A stretch of 64,000 bases of DNA from Pirellulales bacterium (GTDB lineage: Bacteria; Planctomycetota; Planctomycetia; Pirellulales; PALSA-1355): positions 2,528,001 through 2,592,000 of the forward strand of contig CAVTBU010000005.1 in the NCBI GenBank assembly GCA_963733035.1, in the 5' to 3' direction. A program made the position numbers and the translations under genes. Below are positions 32,388-43,804 of this stretch, piece after piece. The first letter of the stretch is position 1. Each line of letters begins with the position of its first letter. The notes below the pieces were generated by a model. That model was not told the origin of the DNA. It made no database searches and saw nothing but the letters and a program-made list of their open reading frames with translations.

Positions 32388-32535
32388 ACGCTGGCCAATT
32401 GCCCTATTTTTTCCGATATTTGCGTCACCGATGCCGCCCTGATGTCGCTCGCGGGCCGGCAAGTTTGGTTGCTTTACCCAAACTACCTAATTAAGATCAA
32501 TAGGTGCATGGACGCCTCTATTTTTCGCAACCAAG

Positions 32536-32622
32536 CGCTTCCACCCCGCGCCGCTCCCTAGTGAGTTTGACTGTGGGGTGGAAGCGTCTCCGGAACCCAT
32601 CTGATTTCATTCGGGAGAGCGC
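32536..32622 (+). promoter_or_regulatory. Structured 5' leader: two overlapping hairpins, the second covering the RBS
   Basis: CGCTTCCACCCC (32536-47)/GGGGTGGAAGCG (32575-86); GCGTCTCCGGAA (32584-95)/TTCGGGAGAGCGC (32610-22). Confidence 0.5.
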
Positions 32623-32627
32623 GGGAC

Positions 32628-33999
32628 ATGCGGCTTCGTACTTTCTTTTTGGTGATGCTTTCGGTTGCCATGTCGGCCATCCTGGCTTCCCGTGGCGCTG
32701 CACAGACCACAGGCGGCGTCAGCGGCGCAAACGGTGTCATCATCGACGCCGACGGTGTCTTGCGGCTGCAGCACTTTGCCGACCCGGGTGGGCAGCTTGC
32801 CAAGAAGCGACTTGCCGAAGCCCGCGCCAAGCTGAATCCCGACGTCGCCAAGTCGAGCGATCTTCGAAAAGTTTCGCTCAATCGGTTGGAAGCCGCCATC
32901 CGCGCAATTGGCGAAGAACCAGCCGCCAACCGAAGAGATGCAGTTTCTCGCCGGCCTGACTCGTTTGCAATACGTTTTCTACTACCCGGAAACGAAAGAC
33001 ATTGTGCTGGCCGGTCCGGCGGAGGGTTGGGCGCTCGACGTGGCCAATCACGTCTGCGGGATCGATAGCGGTCGGCCAGTGCTGCAGCTACAGGACCTCA
33101 TCGTGGCCCTGCGAGCATTTCCGCCCAACACGAATAAGCCCCACGTGATCTCAGTATCGATCGACCCGACGCCCGAAGGCCTAGCCCGGATGCAGCAGTT
33201 CTTGTCTCGGTTTGGTGGGCAAATCACGCCCGACCAGGCCGACATGGTCGTTAATGGCTTGCGGACGAACTTGGGCATGCAAAACGTGCGCATTGGCGGC
33301 GTACAAGCAAACACCCACCTGGCCCAGGTGTTGCTCGAATGCGATTACCGCATGAAGTTGATCGGCCTGGGTATGGAAAAACCACCCGTGCGGATCGCCA
33401 GCTATGTGGATCGGGCGACCAGCAGCTCGGCCAACTCGCTGGAACGTTGGTACTTTATTCCCGACTATCATTCGGCCCGTGTGGCGGCCGATAGCCTGGG
33501 CCTCGAACTGATCGGGGACACGGTGAAGTTGGTATCGGAAAATCAGGTCGTCCAGAAAGACGGCCGCCGCGCAATCAGTGGCGGCAAAAACAAGGCCAGT
33601 GAACTCTTCACGACGACATTCACCAAGAAGTATCCCGAACTGGCGGCACGGTTACCGGTGTTCGCGGAAATGCGAAACGCAATCGACCTGATCATCGCCG
33701 CCGCGTTCATCAATCAACAGGACTTCTACACCCAAAGTGGCTGGCAAGCCGAACTGTTCCACGACGAAGGCTCGCTGGCGGTCGAAACCTACAACACGCC
33801 CTTGCAAGTGGAGACGGTTTGCACGGCCGTATGGAAAGGGAGCCGACTGTTTACACCCGTGGGCGGAGGTGTCACGATACAGGCCCGCGACGCCCTGACC
33901 GCCGCGAATCTCCTTCCGGACGACGACGGAAAAATCTCGGAGATTCGCGAAGGAGTTGATCTCCAGAACCTGCCAGCCGATCGCTGGTGGTGGGATTGA
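32628..33999 (+). CDS. DUF1598-family secreted protein (2-nt indel near 32903)
   Basis: GVIIDADGVL, LRKVSLNRLE, LAGPAEGW, SIDPTPEGL, DYRMKLIG, PVGGGV, WWWD end. Confidence 0.85.
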
Positions 34000-34058
34000 G
34001 CTAGCCGCGCGTCATCGACAGCCCTGGGATCGCCAACTCGCGGAATCTCTTTGCGACG

Positions 34059-35434
34059 TCATTCCGTTTGCCCGCGCGCGACGAGCACGACTCGCACGTC
34101 GCAAACGTTCGTATGCGTCGGGCCGGTTTTGATTAGCCCGCCAACTGGTTCAAACCAGTGATATGCGTCGTTCCTTGCCAGGAAGTCGGCTGGATCGAGC
34201 GATAGCGATTCGGCCGCGGCAATCACCTGGGCGTCGGCCACGGCTCCCGCCGCATCGGTCGGACCATCTTCACCGTCGGTACCGCCCGAAAGGATCACGA
34301 TTCCCGCCAGGTCTTTCGACCGCAGTCGATCGACGGCGGCCAACACGAGTTGCTGATTGCGGCCACCTCGACCTCGACGCCGGCTGTCGATGAGTTTGAC
34401 CGTCGGCTCACCGCCGCTAATCAGACAGTCTGGTCCGTCCGCGGCGCGCATTGCGAGCGCCGCATCAGCCAATTCCCGACCCACGTCCTCGGCGGCATCT
34501 TCGGACGACGTCGCAGATCGGCTGCGGGTTGTGTACCCCAGCCGCTCTGCCGCACGGACGGCCGCGGTCACCGCCGTAGCATTGTTGCCGATGATGCGAT
34601 TGGTAACCCGACAGCGCGGCGGGGCGGCAGCCACGGATTTGCGCTTTCTGAGCACGGCGAGCACGCGCTCGAAATTGCCGGCCGCCGGTGCCCCGTAGCG
34701 ATCGAGAATCTCGATCGCGTCGGCCGGCGTCGAAGGATCCTCGACGGTCGGCCCAGAGGCGATCAAATCGAGCGGATCACCCAGGACGTCGGAGATAATG
34801 AGTGCCACCAGTCGCCCGGCGCCGCAAGCCCGGGCCAGTCCGCCCCCTTTGATTTGGCTGAGTTGCTTGCGGACGGTGTTTAGCTCCTCGATCGGGGCGC
34901 CGGCATCGCTGAGGAATCGCGTGACAGCCAGCTTGTCGTCGAGCGTGATACCGTCGATCGGGAGGGGCAATAGCGCGCTTCCACCGCCGGAGATCAATGC
35001 GATACCTAGGTCGTCCGGCCCGAGCTGGCGAACCAGTCGCAGAATCTCGGTCGAGCCCCAGACGCCTGCGGCAGTCGGCTCATTCACCCCGGCTGGACGC
35101 CCGGCGTGAAGGCTGATTCGCGTCAGCTTCCGCACGCAATCCGCCGGCACGTTGATCCAGCCGGTCACGTCTTTTTGCGCAGCAGATCCGGACCGAGCGC
35201 GGCTTCGAAGCCGGCCGCCATTCCGGCCCCCGCTTTGCCGGCCCCCACGACAACAATCCGGCGAACGGATGCCAATTCGATCGATTGTCCCGGGATTTCA
35301 AGTCGACTGCCAGACTTTTCATGCACGACACGAACGTTTTCGCGCACGAGGCGCTCGGAGCCAACCGCATCGACGGCAGCTTGCCAAATGGCTTGCGCGT
35401 CGCGACGAAGTTGGGCAATCGTGGGCTGGGTCAT
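34059..35434 (-). CDS. Glycerate kinase / hydroxypyruvate reductase (DUF4147 + MOFRL); indel near 35175
   Basis: VGAGKA, ISGGGSAL, KGGGLA, SDVLGD..IASGPT, GGRNQ, GTDGEDG, TGPTHTNVCD. Confidence 0.92.
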
Positions 35435-35566
35435 GGCGGTCTTCAGCATAACCGGTTTAAGCGGCGACAACAGGCATCCGGTCGTGCCCCGCCGGTGCTG
35501 CTCGCTTCGTCGGCGAAGGGTGTGGTAGTCTACAAATACCCCAACGCACTCATTCTGCTACGGCCG

Positions 35567-37657
35567 ATGCTACGTTATCCGCTCACAATTTTTACTCGCG
35601 CCTTCCTGCTGTTTCAGGTGCAGCCGCTGATCGGCAAGATGATCTTGCCCTGGTTCGGCGGAACACCGGCGGTCTGGACCGCCTGCATGTTGTTCTTCCA
35701 GATTCTGCTGTTGGGCGGCTACAGCTATGCGCATGCCGCGACCCAGCGGTTGCCGGGCGCGGCCTTGGCGGCCGTCCATGGTGGTCTATTGCTACTTTCA
35801 TTGCTTTATTTGCCGGTCGCGCCCGCCGAAGCCTGGCAACCCAACGGCAGCGAAGTGCCCATCTTACAGATCCTGGGGCTGCTGGTATTTACGATCGGGC
35901 TGCCCTACTTCTTGCTTTCGACGACGGGGCCGCTGCTGCAGGAAAGTTTTCGCCGAGAGACCGGACGTACGCCGTATCGACTCTATGCACTTTCCAACAT
36001 TGGCTCACTGCTGGCTCTGCTGAGTTATCCCTTCGTGTTTGAACCGAGCTTGACCATACGGGTCCAATCGCTCGTATGGTCGATTGGCTACGCCAGCTTC
36101 GTGGCTCTTGGTCTCTGGTCCACGGTGGGATTCTTGCGCGTCTGGAGACAAGCGGCGATCCCCCTCCAAACGACGGCGGAAGAGGCGCCGACAACACGGC
36201 CTGGATTTCGCATCATTCTGCTCTGGCTGGCGCTGGCGGCCTGCGGTTCTTTAATGCTGTTGGCCACGACGAACCAGCTTTGCCAGGAAGTGACCTCGGT
36301 CCCGTTTCTGTGGGTCTTGCCGCTCTCGCTTTATTTGCTGACGTTCATCATCACGTTTGATCACGACCGCTGGTATCATCGCGGCGCGATGATCACCACG
36401 TTGGCAGCAGCGGTCCTGCTGGGGTGTTATGCGCTATTCGAAGGACATCATCTCGGCGTCTGGACCCAGTTGATTATCTACTCGGCGACACTTTTCACCT
36501 GTTGTATGGTTTGTCACGGCGAACTGGCCCAATCAAAACCCGCGCCCCAACATGCCACGCTGTTCTACCTGATCGTTTCGGCGGGTGGAGCGTTGGGCGG
36601 AATCCTGGTTGCCGTGGTGGCTCCCGTGGCTTTCAACGGTTATTGGGAATACCCGCTAGGGCTCTTGGCAACGGTCGTTCTGGCGTTTGTCGCATCGCAG
36701 GTACGGTCGGACGCAAAACTAGACCTGCCAAAGCCTGCCTGGTTTGTCGGCGCTGCGGTCGTCGTCGCGCTATCGCTGGCCACCGGAGTCATCATGGGAA
36801 GGCGCAATCGCCTGGTGCAAACGACGCTCGAATCGACCAGAAACTTCTACGGTGTACTCCGCATCAACCGCGAGGAAAGCACGAAGAACGACAACGGCCC
36901 GTTCCGCGAAATGATTCACGGCAGCATCCAGCACGGATTCCAGTATCTCGACCAGGAAAAGAAGAAATGGCCCACGACATACTATGGCCATGAGAGCGGC
37001 GTGGGTCTGGCAATCGACCACCATCCTCGCCGCGGCGCAAAAGATGCCGCCGCGCGTACGCTGCGAATCGGCGTGGTGGGCCTGGGTGCCGGCACGTTGG
37101 CCGCGTATGGCGGACAGGGGGACGTGCTCAAGTTCTACGAGATCAATCCCGAGGTCATCCGCCTGTCGGACGAGTACTTCACCTATCGGCGCGACACGCC
37201 CGCCGAGGTCGAAGTTATTCTGGGCGATGCGAGGCTGAATCTCGAGCGCGAGCGCGCCGACCAGAATTCAGCGAAGTTTGATGTCCTGGCGATCGACGCC
37301 TTCTCGAGCGATTCGATCCCCATGCACCTGCTTACCAAACAGTCCGTCGAGCTCTATCTCGACCGGCTGAAGCCCGATGGTGTCCTTTGTATCCACATCT
37401 CCAACCGGTTTCTGGACCTGCGAGGCGTTGTGCTGGGAATCGCCCAGGAACTGGGATGGCCCAGCAAGCTGATCTCGTCAAAAGGAGACGACTCGCAAGG
37501 AACCAACGACACAAGTTGGGTCATCATTACCAAGAACCAGGCCTTCTTGAACGATCCGCAGGTCAAGAAATCCTTCAGTCGCGACTGGCCGTCAAAGGTC
37601 GAGCCAATTCTGTGGACCGACGACTACGGCAGCCTGGTGCCGATCATCAACCACTGA
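35567..37657 (+). CDS. Fused MFS-like membrane / spermidine synthase-type SAM-dependent protein
   Basis: AFLLFQVQP, PWFGG..VW, many TMs, VGLGAG, YEINP, GDAR, DAFSSDSIPMHLLT, WTDD. Confidence 0.9.
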   Translation: MLRYPLTIFTRAFLLFQVQPLIGKMILPWFGGTPAVWTACMLFFQILLLGGYSYAHAATQRLPGAALAAVHGGLLLLSLLYLPVAPAEAWQPNGSEVPILQILGLLVFTIGLPYFLLSTTGPLLQESFRRETGRTPYRLYALSNIGSLLALLSYPFVFEPSLTIRVQSLVWSIGYASFVALGLWSTVGFLRVWRQAAIPLQTTAEEAPTTRPGFRIILLWLALAACGSLMLLATTNQLCQEVTSVPFLWVLPLSLYLLTFIITFDHDRWYHRGAMITTLAAAVLLGCYALFEGHHLGVWTQLIIYSATLFTCCMVCHGELAQSKPAPQHATLFYLIVSAGGALGGILVAVVAPVAFNGYWEYPLGLLATVVLAFVASQVRSDAKLDLPKPAWFVGAAVVVALSLATGVIMGRRNRLVQTTLESTRNFYGVLRINREESTKNDNGPFREMIHGSIQHGFQYLDQEKKKWPTTYYGHESGVGLAIDHHPRRGAKDAAARTLRIGVVGLGAGTLAAYGGQGDVLKFYEINPEVIRLSDEYFTYRRDTPAEVEVILGDARLNLERERADQNSAKFDVLAIDAFSSDSIPMHLLTKQSVELYLDRLKPDGVLCIHISNRFLDLRGVVLGIAQELGWPSKLISSKGDDSQGTNDTSWVIITKNQAFLNDPQVKKSFSRDWPSKVEPILWTDDYGSLVPIINH

Positions 37658-37692
37658 TTGCATCGGCGCTCGTGACGAACCGATGCGCTGCT

Positions 37693-40440
37693 TTAACGCC
37701 GCGCCTGCTCTGCGCCCGGCGGACCGCGCTGGACGATCTGCACGGTTACATCGTCTATCGCCGCTTCTCCAATGCCAGCCAGAGCGAACGTTACGATAAG
37801 CGGGCCCGGCCGCGTCGCGGCCCGGTAGAGTGTCACGTGCCTCCAGCCTTTGGTCTTGTAAAGCCGCTCGGCGAGGGCTTCCCCTGAATCCGAGTCGAAC
37901 ATGACCAGGCCATCGGCACTGCCCGTGATGGGCGCGTCAATGCGTATCTGCGCGTCGATCTGCACGAGGTCGCCGGCCTCGAGCACGACCGGCGCGCTGG
38001 TTACCCACACCGGTGGCGTTTCCACGGCAATCGGCTTGTGCTCCGGGTCAGCCGGCGCGGCTCGCAGCAGGAGTCCGGCTGCTCCGGTGTGTGCTCCGCG
38101 CGCTGACAGGTCGACGCTGGTCTGAATCCCTTCAGTCGGGTGTTGGTAGTGCTTCCAACCCGCGGCCAGCATGGCCGACAAGTTCTCACAGCTTCCTTCC
38201 GGCAGCCGGTTCGGCGAACGCGGCAGCGTCGCCAATTGCCGCAGGAATTGATCGCGCACCACCAGCGTGCCAAACGACGCGGAGAGCGGATCGGAAAGCG
38301 GCGCGGTACCGCTGGTCGCCTGCTCCCAATACACCCGCTCGACTTGCCGCAACACTTGCAGCGAGTGCCGGGCTTCGTCGTAGGCCCGTGAGATGTCGAG
38401 CGATGCCAGTGACTCACTCTGTCGCAAGTCATTCTCAACGGCGGTGCGGGCTTGCTGGGTCAGGTTGATTCCTTGTCCGATCTGTCCCAGTCGACCCGCG
38501 GTGTCTTCGACTTCGGCCAGTTGAGCCACGGCGACCTCGCGTGTCAAGAAAAGTGCGCGGCGTTGAATGTCATCGAGAGTCCGCTTTAGATTGCGGATCA
38601 CGTACGGATCGCAAGTGAACACCACCAGCGAGTCGCGCGATTTGTCTCCGAGGACGACCTGCGTGCCGCCCGCTCGCCGGGTGCTTTGCAGTGGTCGCAA
38701 ACCGGCCAATGAGAGTTCGTAGGCGTCGTCTCCCTCGGGAACGCCGGCCACGGTGAAACTGACTAGCGCCGCCGCTTGATTGCCGGTGGCGAATTGGCCT
38801 CCTGGCGGCTGGTAAATCGGCAAAAGCAGTCGGCTGCGATCCGTCTCGAGGACCGCGCCCGTGGTATTCCGTTCGCTCGTATCGGCAATCGCCGCGAAGT
38901 TTCCGGCCGAGGGCCAACGCTCGATCAACCTTAATTCGAGATTCAACAACTCCAGCATCGCCGCCCGCTTGCGAGTCGCCGGGTCGTCGGCATCGAGACG
39001 CGACTCCGACAGGAAGCAAATACCGCGCGCCCGCGAAGCCAACGCTTGGTGCACGAGCGTACGAATCTGCGCTTCTTGCCAGACGGGCGGTTCCACGGGA
39101 AATCGGGCAACCAGTCGCATTTGCTCGACCAGCCACGGCGAGGCCTGCGTGGGAATAGCGACCCACAACGGAGCGCCGGCACGCGCTAGTTGCATTCGTT
39201 CCGACAGCCAACTGCCATAGTGATTGAGCGGTAGGGTGGTGCCCAACGTCGCGCGTTCGGCAAGCCAGATCTTGAACGGCGGTCGCGTGTAGTTTTGCAG
39301 ATCGTCGGTCGCGGCGCATAGAATCGGACGTCCGCGACCGTCGGCCGCCTGTACGGCCGCGGCCCATTGCCGCGTGACGTCGAATTGCCGACTCGTCAGT
39401 CCACTGCCAAAATCCCAGGCCAACACCGGATCGTACTCAGACGGTATCGTGGCACTCCGCGGTGGAGTATTGCGAGGGCCCGCATTGCCACGCAACTCGG
39501 ACATTGGCGGCGGCGGGGCAATCAACCAAAGTTGCAGGCTCGCCGCCTCGACCAACATCTCTGGCGTTGCGGACTGGCTCAGTCGTACCGCATTGAACCC
39601 CAACCGCTGCAAATACGGAAGTGGCTCGCCGCGATACTCGATGATGCGGGGAAAAAACGGTTTGCCACCCACCAGCAAACGACTCTTCATTTCCACCACG
39701 GGCAGCGTCCTCGCGCCTCGCGCCAGGGGAGAAGGGCTGCCGGCAACGGCCACCGTCGGCATACTTGACGCGCTGGATCCGCCCGCCGAAACGGCCGACA
39801 GCGGCACAGCGCCGGTAATTTCCAAGTCATCGAACCAGGCGTTGGTCGTGCCCGGGCCGCCGTAGACGTTGACCAGTAGCATATCGACGTAGGCCTCGCG
39901 CGCATCGACTTGCGACCCAAATTGCGTGCGGAGGACGCGCACTTGCAGTTCAACCGCGCGCGGCAAATTCCCAACCCGCAATATTTGCCAGGCTCCGACG
40001 CGACTGTAAACTTCGCCCCGAATAAGCGTCGTTAGCGGCTGACCCGTGGACGGGTGAGCGCTGTGCGGCAGCACCACACGCGCCACGATCTGCAGCCCCG
40101 GCCGATCCGAGCGCACCCAGAGGCCCATGGTCAACTCGCCAATTACCCGAGCTGGCTGAATCGGATAGCTGTAATAGATGGCCGTGCTACCCTGGCCGCT
40201 GACTCGCAACTGTTCAGAGCGACGGCCCGTATTGGGTCGTTCTTCCACACGCTGGTGGAGTTCGACGCGATGGTTGCCATCACCTCCGGCCGGCTTGAGC
40301 ACCGGCTCGGGCCCCTCGAAATCGTCGCGCAATATCCCTTGCGCATGAGCCCCGAGCGGGGTCGACAGGAGCACCAAGAAGATCACGATGCGGGCGAACA
40401 AGACAGTAGCAAGGGGCTCGAAGTCGCGTGACGGGGCCAA
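37693..40440 (-). CDS. Large secreted hypothetical protein
   Basis: 915-aa ORF with signal peptide and codon usage like neighbouring genes; start uncertain. Confidence 0.78.
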   Translation of the reverse strand: MAPSRDFEPLATVLFARIVIFLVLLSTPLGAHAQGILRDDFEGPEPVLKPAGGDGNHRVELHQRVEERPNTGRRSEQLRVSGQGSTAIYYSYPIQPARVIGELTMGLWVRSDRPGLQIVARVVLPHSAHPSTGQPLTTLIRGEVYSRVGAWQILRVGNLPRAVELQVRVLRTQFGSQVDAREAYVDMLLVNVYGGPGTTNAWFDDLEITGAVPLSAVSAGGSSASSMPTVAVAGSPSPLARGARTLPVVEMKSRLLVGGKPFFPRIIEYRGEPLPYLQRLGFNAVRLSQSATPEMLVEAASLQLWLIAPPPPMSELRGNAGPRNTPPRSATIPSEYDPVLAWDFGSGLTSRQFDVTRQWAAAVQAADGRGRPILCAATDDLQNYTRPPFKIWLAERATLGTTLPLNHYGSWLSERMQLARAGAPLWVAIPTQASPWLVEQMRLVARFPVEPPVWQEAQIRTLVHQALASRARGICFLSESRLDADDPATRKRAAMLELLNLELRLIERWPSAGNFAAIADTSERNTTGAVLETDRSRLLLPIYQPPGGQFATGNQAAALVSFTVAGVPEGDDAYELSLAGLRPLQSTRRAGGTQVVLGDKSRDSLVVFTCDPYVIRNLKRTLDDIQRRALFLTREVAVAQLAEVEDTAGRLGQIGQGINLTQQARTAVENDLRQSESLASLDISRAYDEARHSLQVLRQVERVYWEQATSGTAPLSDPLSASFGTLVVRDQFLRQLATLPRSPNRLPEGSCENLSAMLAAGWKHYQHPTEGIQTSVDLSARGAHTGAAGLLLRAAPADPEHKPIAVETPPVWVTSAPVVLEAGDLVQIDAQIRIDAPITGSADGLVMFDSDSGEALAERLYKTKGWRHVTLYRAATRPGPLIVTFALAGIGEAAIDDVTVQIVQRGPPGAEQARR

Positions 40441-40670
40441 CGGCAGTCATGGGGTTGCATTTGCGGACCGACAGCGCGGCCTAAACGCAACATCCGGTGC
40501 CGAGGGCGAGTTTTTTCGTAAGTCGTGCTTGTATCAGTCTTTGCGGAACGCATCCAGATCAGGTGTGTCCTTTTTTCACCCCGTACCGCCGCGCTTCCAA
40601 CCGTTGCATGCACCCTCAACTTGTTATACTGGAAGGTCTTAGGACACCTCGCTAGGAAACCTCTCGGGTT

Positions 40671-40687
40671 CTGGCATACGGTCTGCT
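40671..40687 (+). promoter_or_regulatory. Sigma-54 (-24/-12) promoter
   Basis: CTGGCATACGGTCTGCT, GG-N10-GC, 48 nt upstream of ATG 40735. Confidence 0.65.
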
Positions 40688-40734
40688 TTCAGTCTGTTCC
40701 CTGTTCCCATGAACCCTAGAGAGCCGAGAGCAAC

Positions 40735-41016
40735 ATGAGCCAAGCATCGCGAATCGTGAAAAACCACAACGAAGAACTGCCCGCCGATATTCTGGAACTT
40801 GCCGATGCGTTCGAGCGGTTGCCGATGGAAGATCGCCGGCGAATCGAACCGCTATTTGCCCGCGTGCTGGAAAGCACCAAGCGCCGCCGCCGGATCCTGG
40901 GTTTGGTCCAGGATGCCCTGTCGCAACTGCGGTTGGACATGAAGTATTTGATGTTCGACCTGGAGGCCACGCGCCGCGAGCGCGACGAGTTTCGGCGCAA
41001 ATGCGAGGAAACCTGA
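40735..41016 (+). CDS. Small conserved coiled-coil protein
   Basis: RRRRILGLVQDALSQLRLDMKYLMFDLEATRRERD. Confidence 0.85.
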   Translation: MSQASRIVKNHNEELPADILELADAFERLPMEDRRRIEPLFARVLESTKRRRRILGLVQDALSQLRLDMKYLMFDLEATRRERDEFRRKCEET

Positions 41017-41237
41017 GAGAGGGCACTCGGCAACTCCCCGCCGAGGAAACCTGGTCGGTCGACGGGGCGTTGGTAGCGTCACGAAACACCGATGGCGGGG
41101 GCACGCGTGAGCGTTGCGACTCGCCAAAATGTGGAATACTATAGGTAGTTGGGAACGAAATCATCTGAACCTTTCCCCGAGAGCGGAGGTGTCCTGGGAA
41201 AGAGTCGGTGGAACAGAACGATGGAGAGTGGCTCGCC

Positions 41238-42714
41238 ATGGTCGAGCTGTCAGCCGAACAGGTCGCTCAGCGCCTTCGACCTGAATCTCGTTGACGAGCG
41301 CCAGCTCCAAGAGGTTTGGGGGCAAATTGGCACTCGCGAGGTTACGGGCGAGGAATTTCAGCAGTTGCTGCTGCGCCGCGAGCTACTGACCAATTACCAG
41401 ACGAAGCTGTTGGAGCGCGGTGAAACGACCGGCTACTTCTACGGCGACTACAAGGTGCTGTATCTAATTGGCACCGGCACGTTTGCCCGCGTCTATCGGG
41501 CCTGTCACCGCACGACTGGCGAAATCGTCGCGGTCAAAGTCCTCCGGCGCAAATTCTCAGACGATCGCGAGGAGTCGGAACGTTTCGTGCGCGAAGGCCA
41601 GATGGGGGCCACGCTCAAGCACCCCAACATCGTGCCGATCATGGAGGTGCACTCTCAGAAGAGCACTCACTACCTGGTGATGAAATTCGTCGAGGGGCGA
41701 AACCTCCGCGAGTTCATCAAGATTCGCAAAAAGTTTGAGCCCCTGCAGGCCGCCCAGCTGGTAATCGACATTTGCGCCGGCTTGAACTATGCCGCTGCCC
41801 GGGGAATCTGTCATCGCGACCTCAAGATGTCGAACGTGATTGTTTCCAGTACGGGCACGGCCATGCTGCTCGACTTTGGACTGGCCGGTGGTGACAAGAA
41901 TCTTTCCGACGACGCCATCGCCAAAATGCAGAATCCGCGCACGATCGACTACGCGGGGCTCGAACGAGCAACCGGCGTACGCAAGGACGATCCGCGCAGC
42001 GATATTTATTTTCTCGGCTGTATCTTCTACCACATGCTCACCGGTCAGCCACCGCTGGTTGAAACTCGGGATCGCATTCAACGACTCAGCCGCACGCGGT
42101 TCACCGACATCGTGCCCATCCTCAAGCACGATGCGACCATCCCCAAGCCAATCGTGCAGGTCGTTAATCGGGCGATGGAAATGAACGCCGACCAACGCTA
42201 CCAGTCTCCGGGCGAGATGCTGGCCGAGCTCAAAGCCGCCATCAACAAGCTCAGCGATCCGAACGCGGCACCGGACGACGAGGAAACCGGCAAGCCGGCC
42301 GCGGTTGCCACGCTGCCACCCCAACGCGCATTGATGTTCGTCGAATCGAACGTCGGACTGCAGGACATTCTGCGCGAGCGGCTCAAGAGCAACGGTTACC
42401 GCGTGCTGGTGACGGCCGACCCCGAACGTGCGTTGAGCCGTTTTACCGCTGAAAACAAAGCGGCGGACTGTGTGATCTTCAGTACCGGTGAGCTTGGTGA
42501 AGCGGCCTTTTCGGCTTTCAACCGGTTCGCCGAGGGGAAGCATACTCGCGACATTCCCGCCGTGCTGTTGCTCGGTGAGCACCATCTCGACTGGAAGAAG
42601 CGGGCCAAGCTGGCCGATCACCGTGCCGTGGTGGCCATGCCTATCAAGCTGCGACAACTTCGCGAAGTACTGGCCAAGCTCGTTCCGCTGAAAGCTGCGA
42701 GCCGCAGCGCGTAG
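41238..42714 (+). CDS. Ser/Thr protein kinase with C-terminal receiver-like domain (2-nt indel near 41271)
   Basis: GTGTFARVY, VAVK, HRDLKMSN, DFG, SDIYFLG; likely true start MVELSAEQVAQR with GGAG RBS. Confidence 0.88.
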
Positions 42715-42812
42715 TAGCCCAACGCAGAATTCGCGACCGCGTCGTCGCGTCAATGCGCTGGAAAAGACGGCGTACCTTGAGCTTGTCGCTCGCCTGCGGA
42801 GGCAGCGGGCGA

Positions 42813-43553
42813 CTAGGCCTTGTTGTCCAGCTCAACGCCCAGTCGCCGCATCAGTGTTTTCATGTCTTCCCAAACGTCTTTTTTTGCCGCGGGGTTGCGC
42901 AATAAATACGCCGGGTGATAGGTACACATCACCTGGATGCCGCGATAGTCAAAAAACTTGCCGCGCATTCGACCGATCGGGGTTTCCGTTTCCAGTAGCG
43001 TTTGCGCGGCGATCGTACCGAGGCAACAGATATACTCCGGCTGAATGATCGCCAGTTGCCGGTTCAAAAACTCGCGGCAGTTGGCCACTTCGTGGGGGAG
43101 TGGATTGCGATTGCCCGGCGGCCGGCACTTAAGCACGTTCAAAATGTAGACGTCCTCGCGCGAGAGCGTGCAGGCCTCGATGATCTTAGTCAATAGCTGC
43201 CCGGCCCGACCCACAAAAGGTTCGCCGCGGGCATCTTCATCGGCGCCTGGCGCTTCGCCCAGGAAACACAATCTTGCTTGTGGATTACCCACGCCGAATA
43301 CCGTTTGCGTGCGCGTGCAGGCCAACTCGTCGCAAGCGGTACAGGCGGCCACTTCCGCACGAACGGCCTCCAGTGAATCGCCGGCAACCGGCTCTTGCTG
43401 GGACATCTCGTCCGGCGATTGCGGGACGCGAACCGAGGGGCCGATTCGCTTGCCAGGCGTTCCCTTCGGCAGTTGCGCGACGCCGGCTCGGCGGAGGCTT
43501 TCAAGGGTTTGGACGGTCTGTCGAGTGGTTTTTGAGTTGCGTGCCGCGGCCAT
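42813..43553 (-). CDS. Uracil-DNA glycosylase family 4
   Basis: [37 protein letters not shown]. Confidence 0.95.
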   Translation of the reverse strand: MAAARNSKTTRQTVQTLESLRRAGVAQLPKGTPGKRIGPSVRVPQSPDEMSQQEPVAGDSLEAVRAEVAACTACDELACTRTQTVFGVGNPQARLCFLGEAPGADEDARGEPFVGRAGQLLTKIIEACTLSREDVYILNVLKCRPPGNRNPLPHEVANCREFLNRQLAIIQPEYICCLGTIAAQTLLETETPIGRMRGKFFDYRGIQVMCTYHPAYLLRNPAAKKDVWEDMKTLMRRLGVELDNKA

Positions 43554-43804
43554 GCTGCTTTGTGCCTCGCTTCCTGGCGGACTCAGTTTCTTAACGAAAG
43601 CGTCATTCTTGAGCTATCGCGTGGCATTCAGTATACGATTGCCCCCTGGTTCGGGAAGCAGCGACGCATCAACGCGGCGCGATTGACCATCGCTTGGGCA
43701 CTTCGATTGGCCCGCCCCGCCAAATTCAACTATGATGAGGCGAGTTCATTTTTGGTCCGCCGACCGCTGCTCCCTTTCCTTTGCTGTATTGTTCACCCTG
43801 CACC

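Noticed and set aside
41149..41270. ORF-track N-terminus of the kinase
   Set aside because: The frame starting at ATG 41238 has an RBS and joins after a 2-nt repair.
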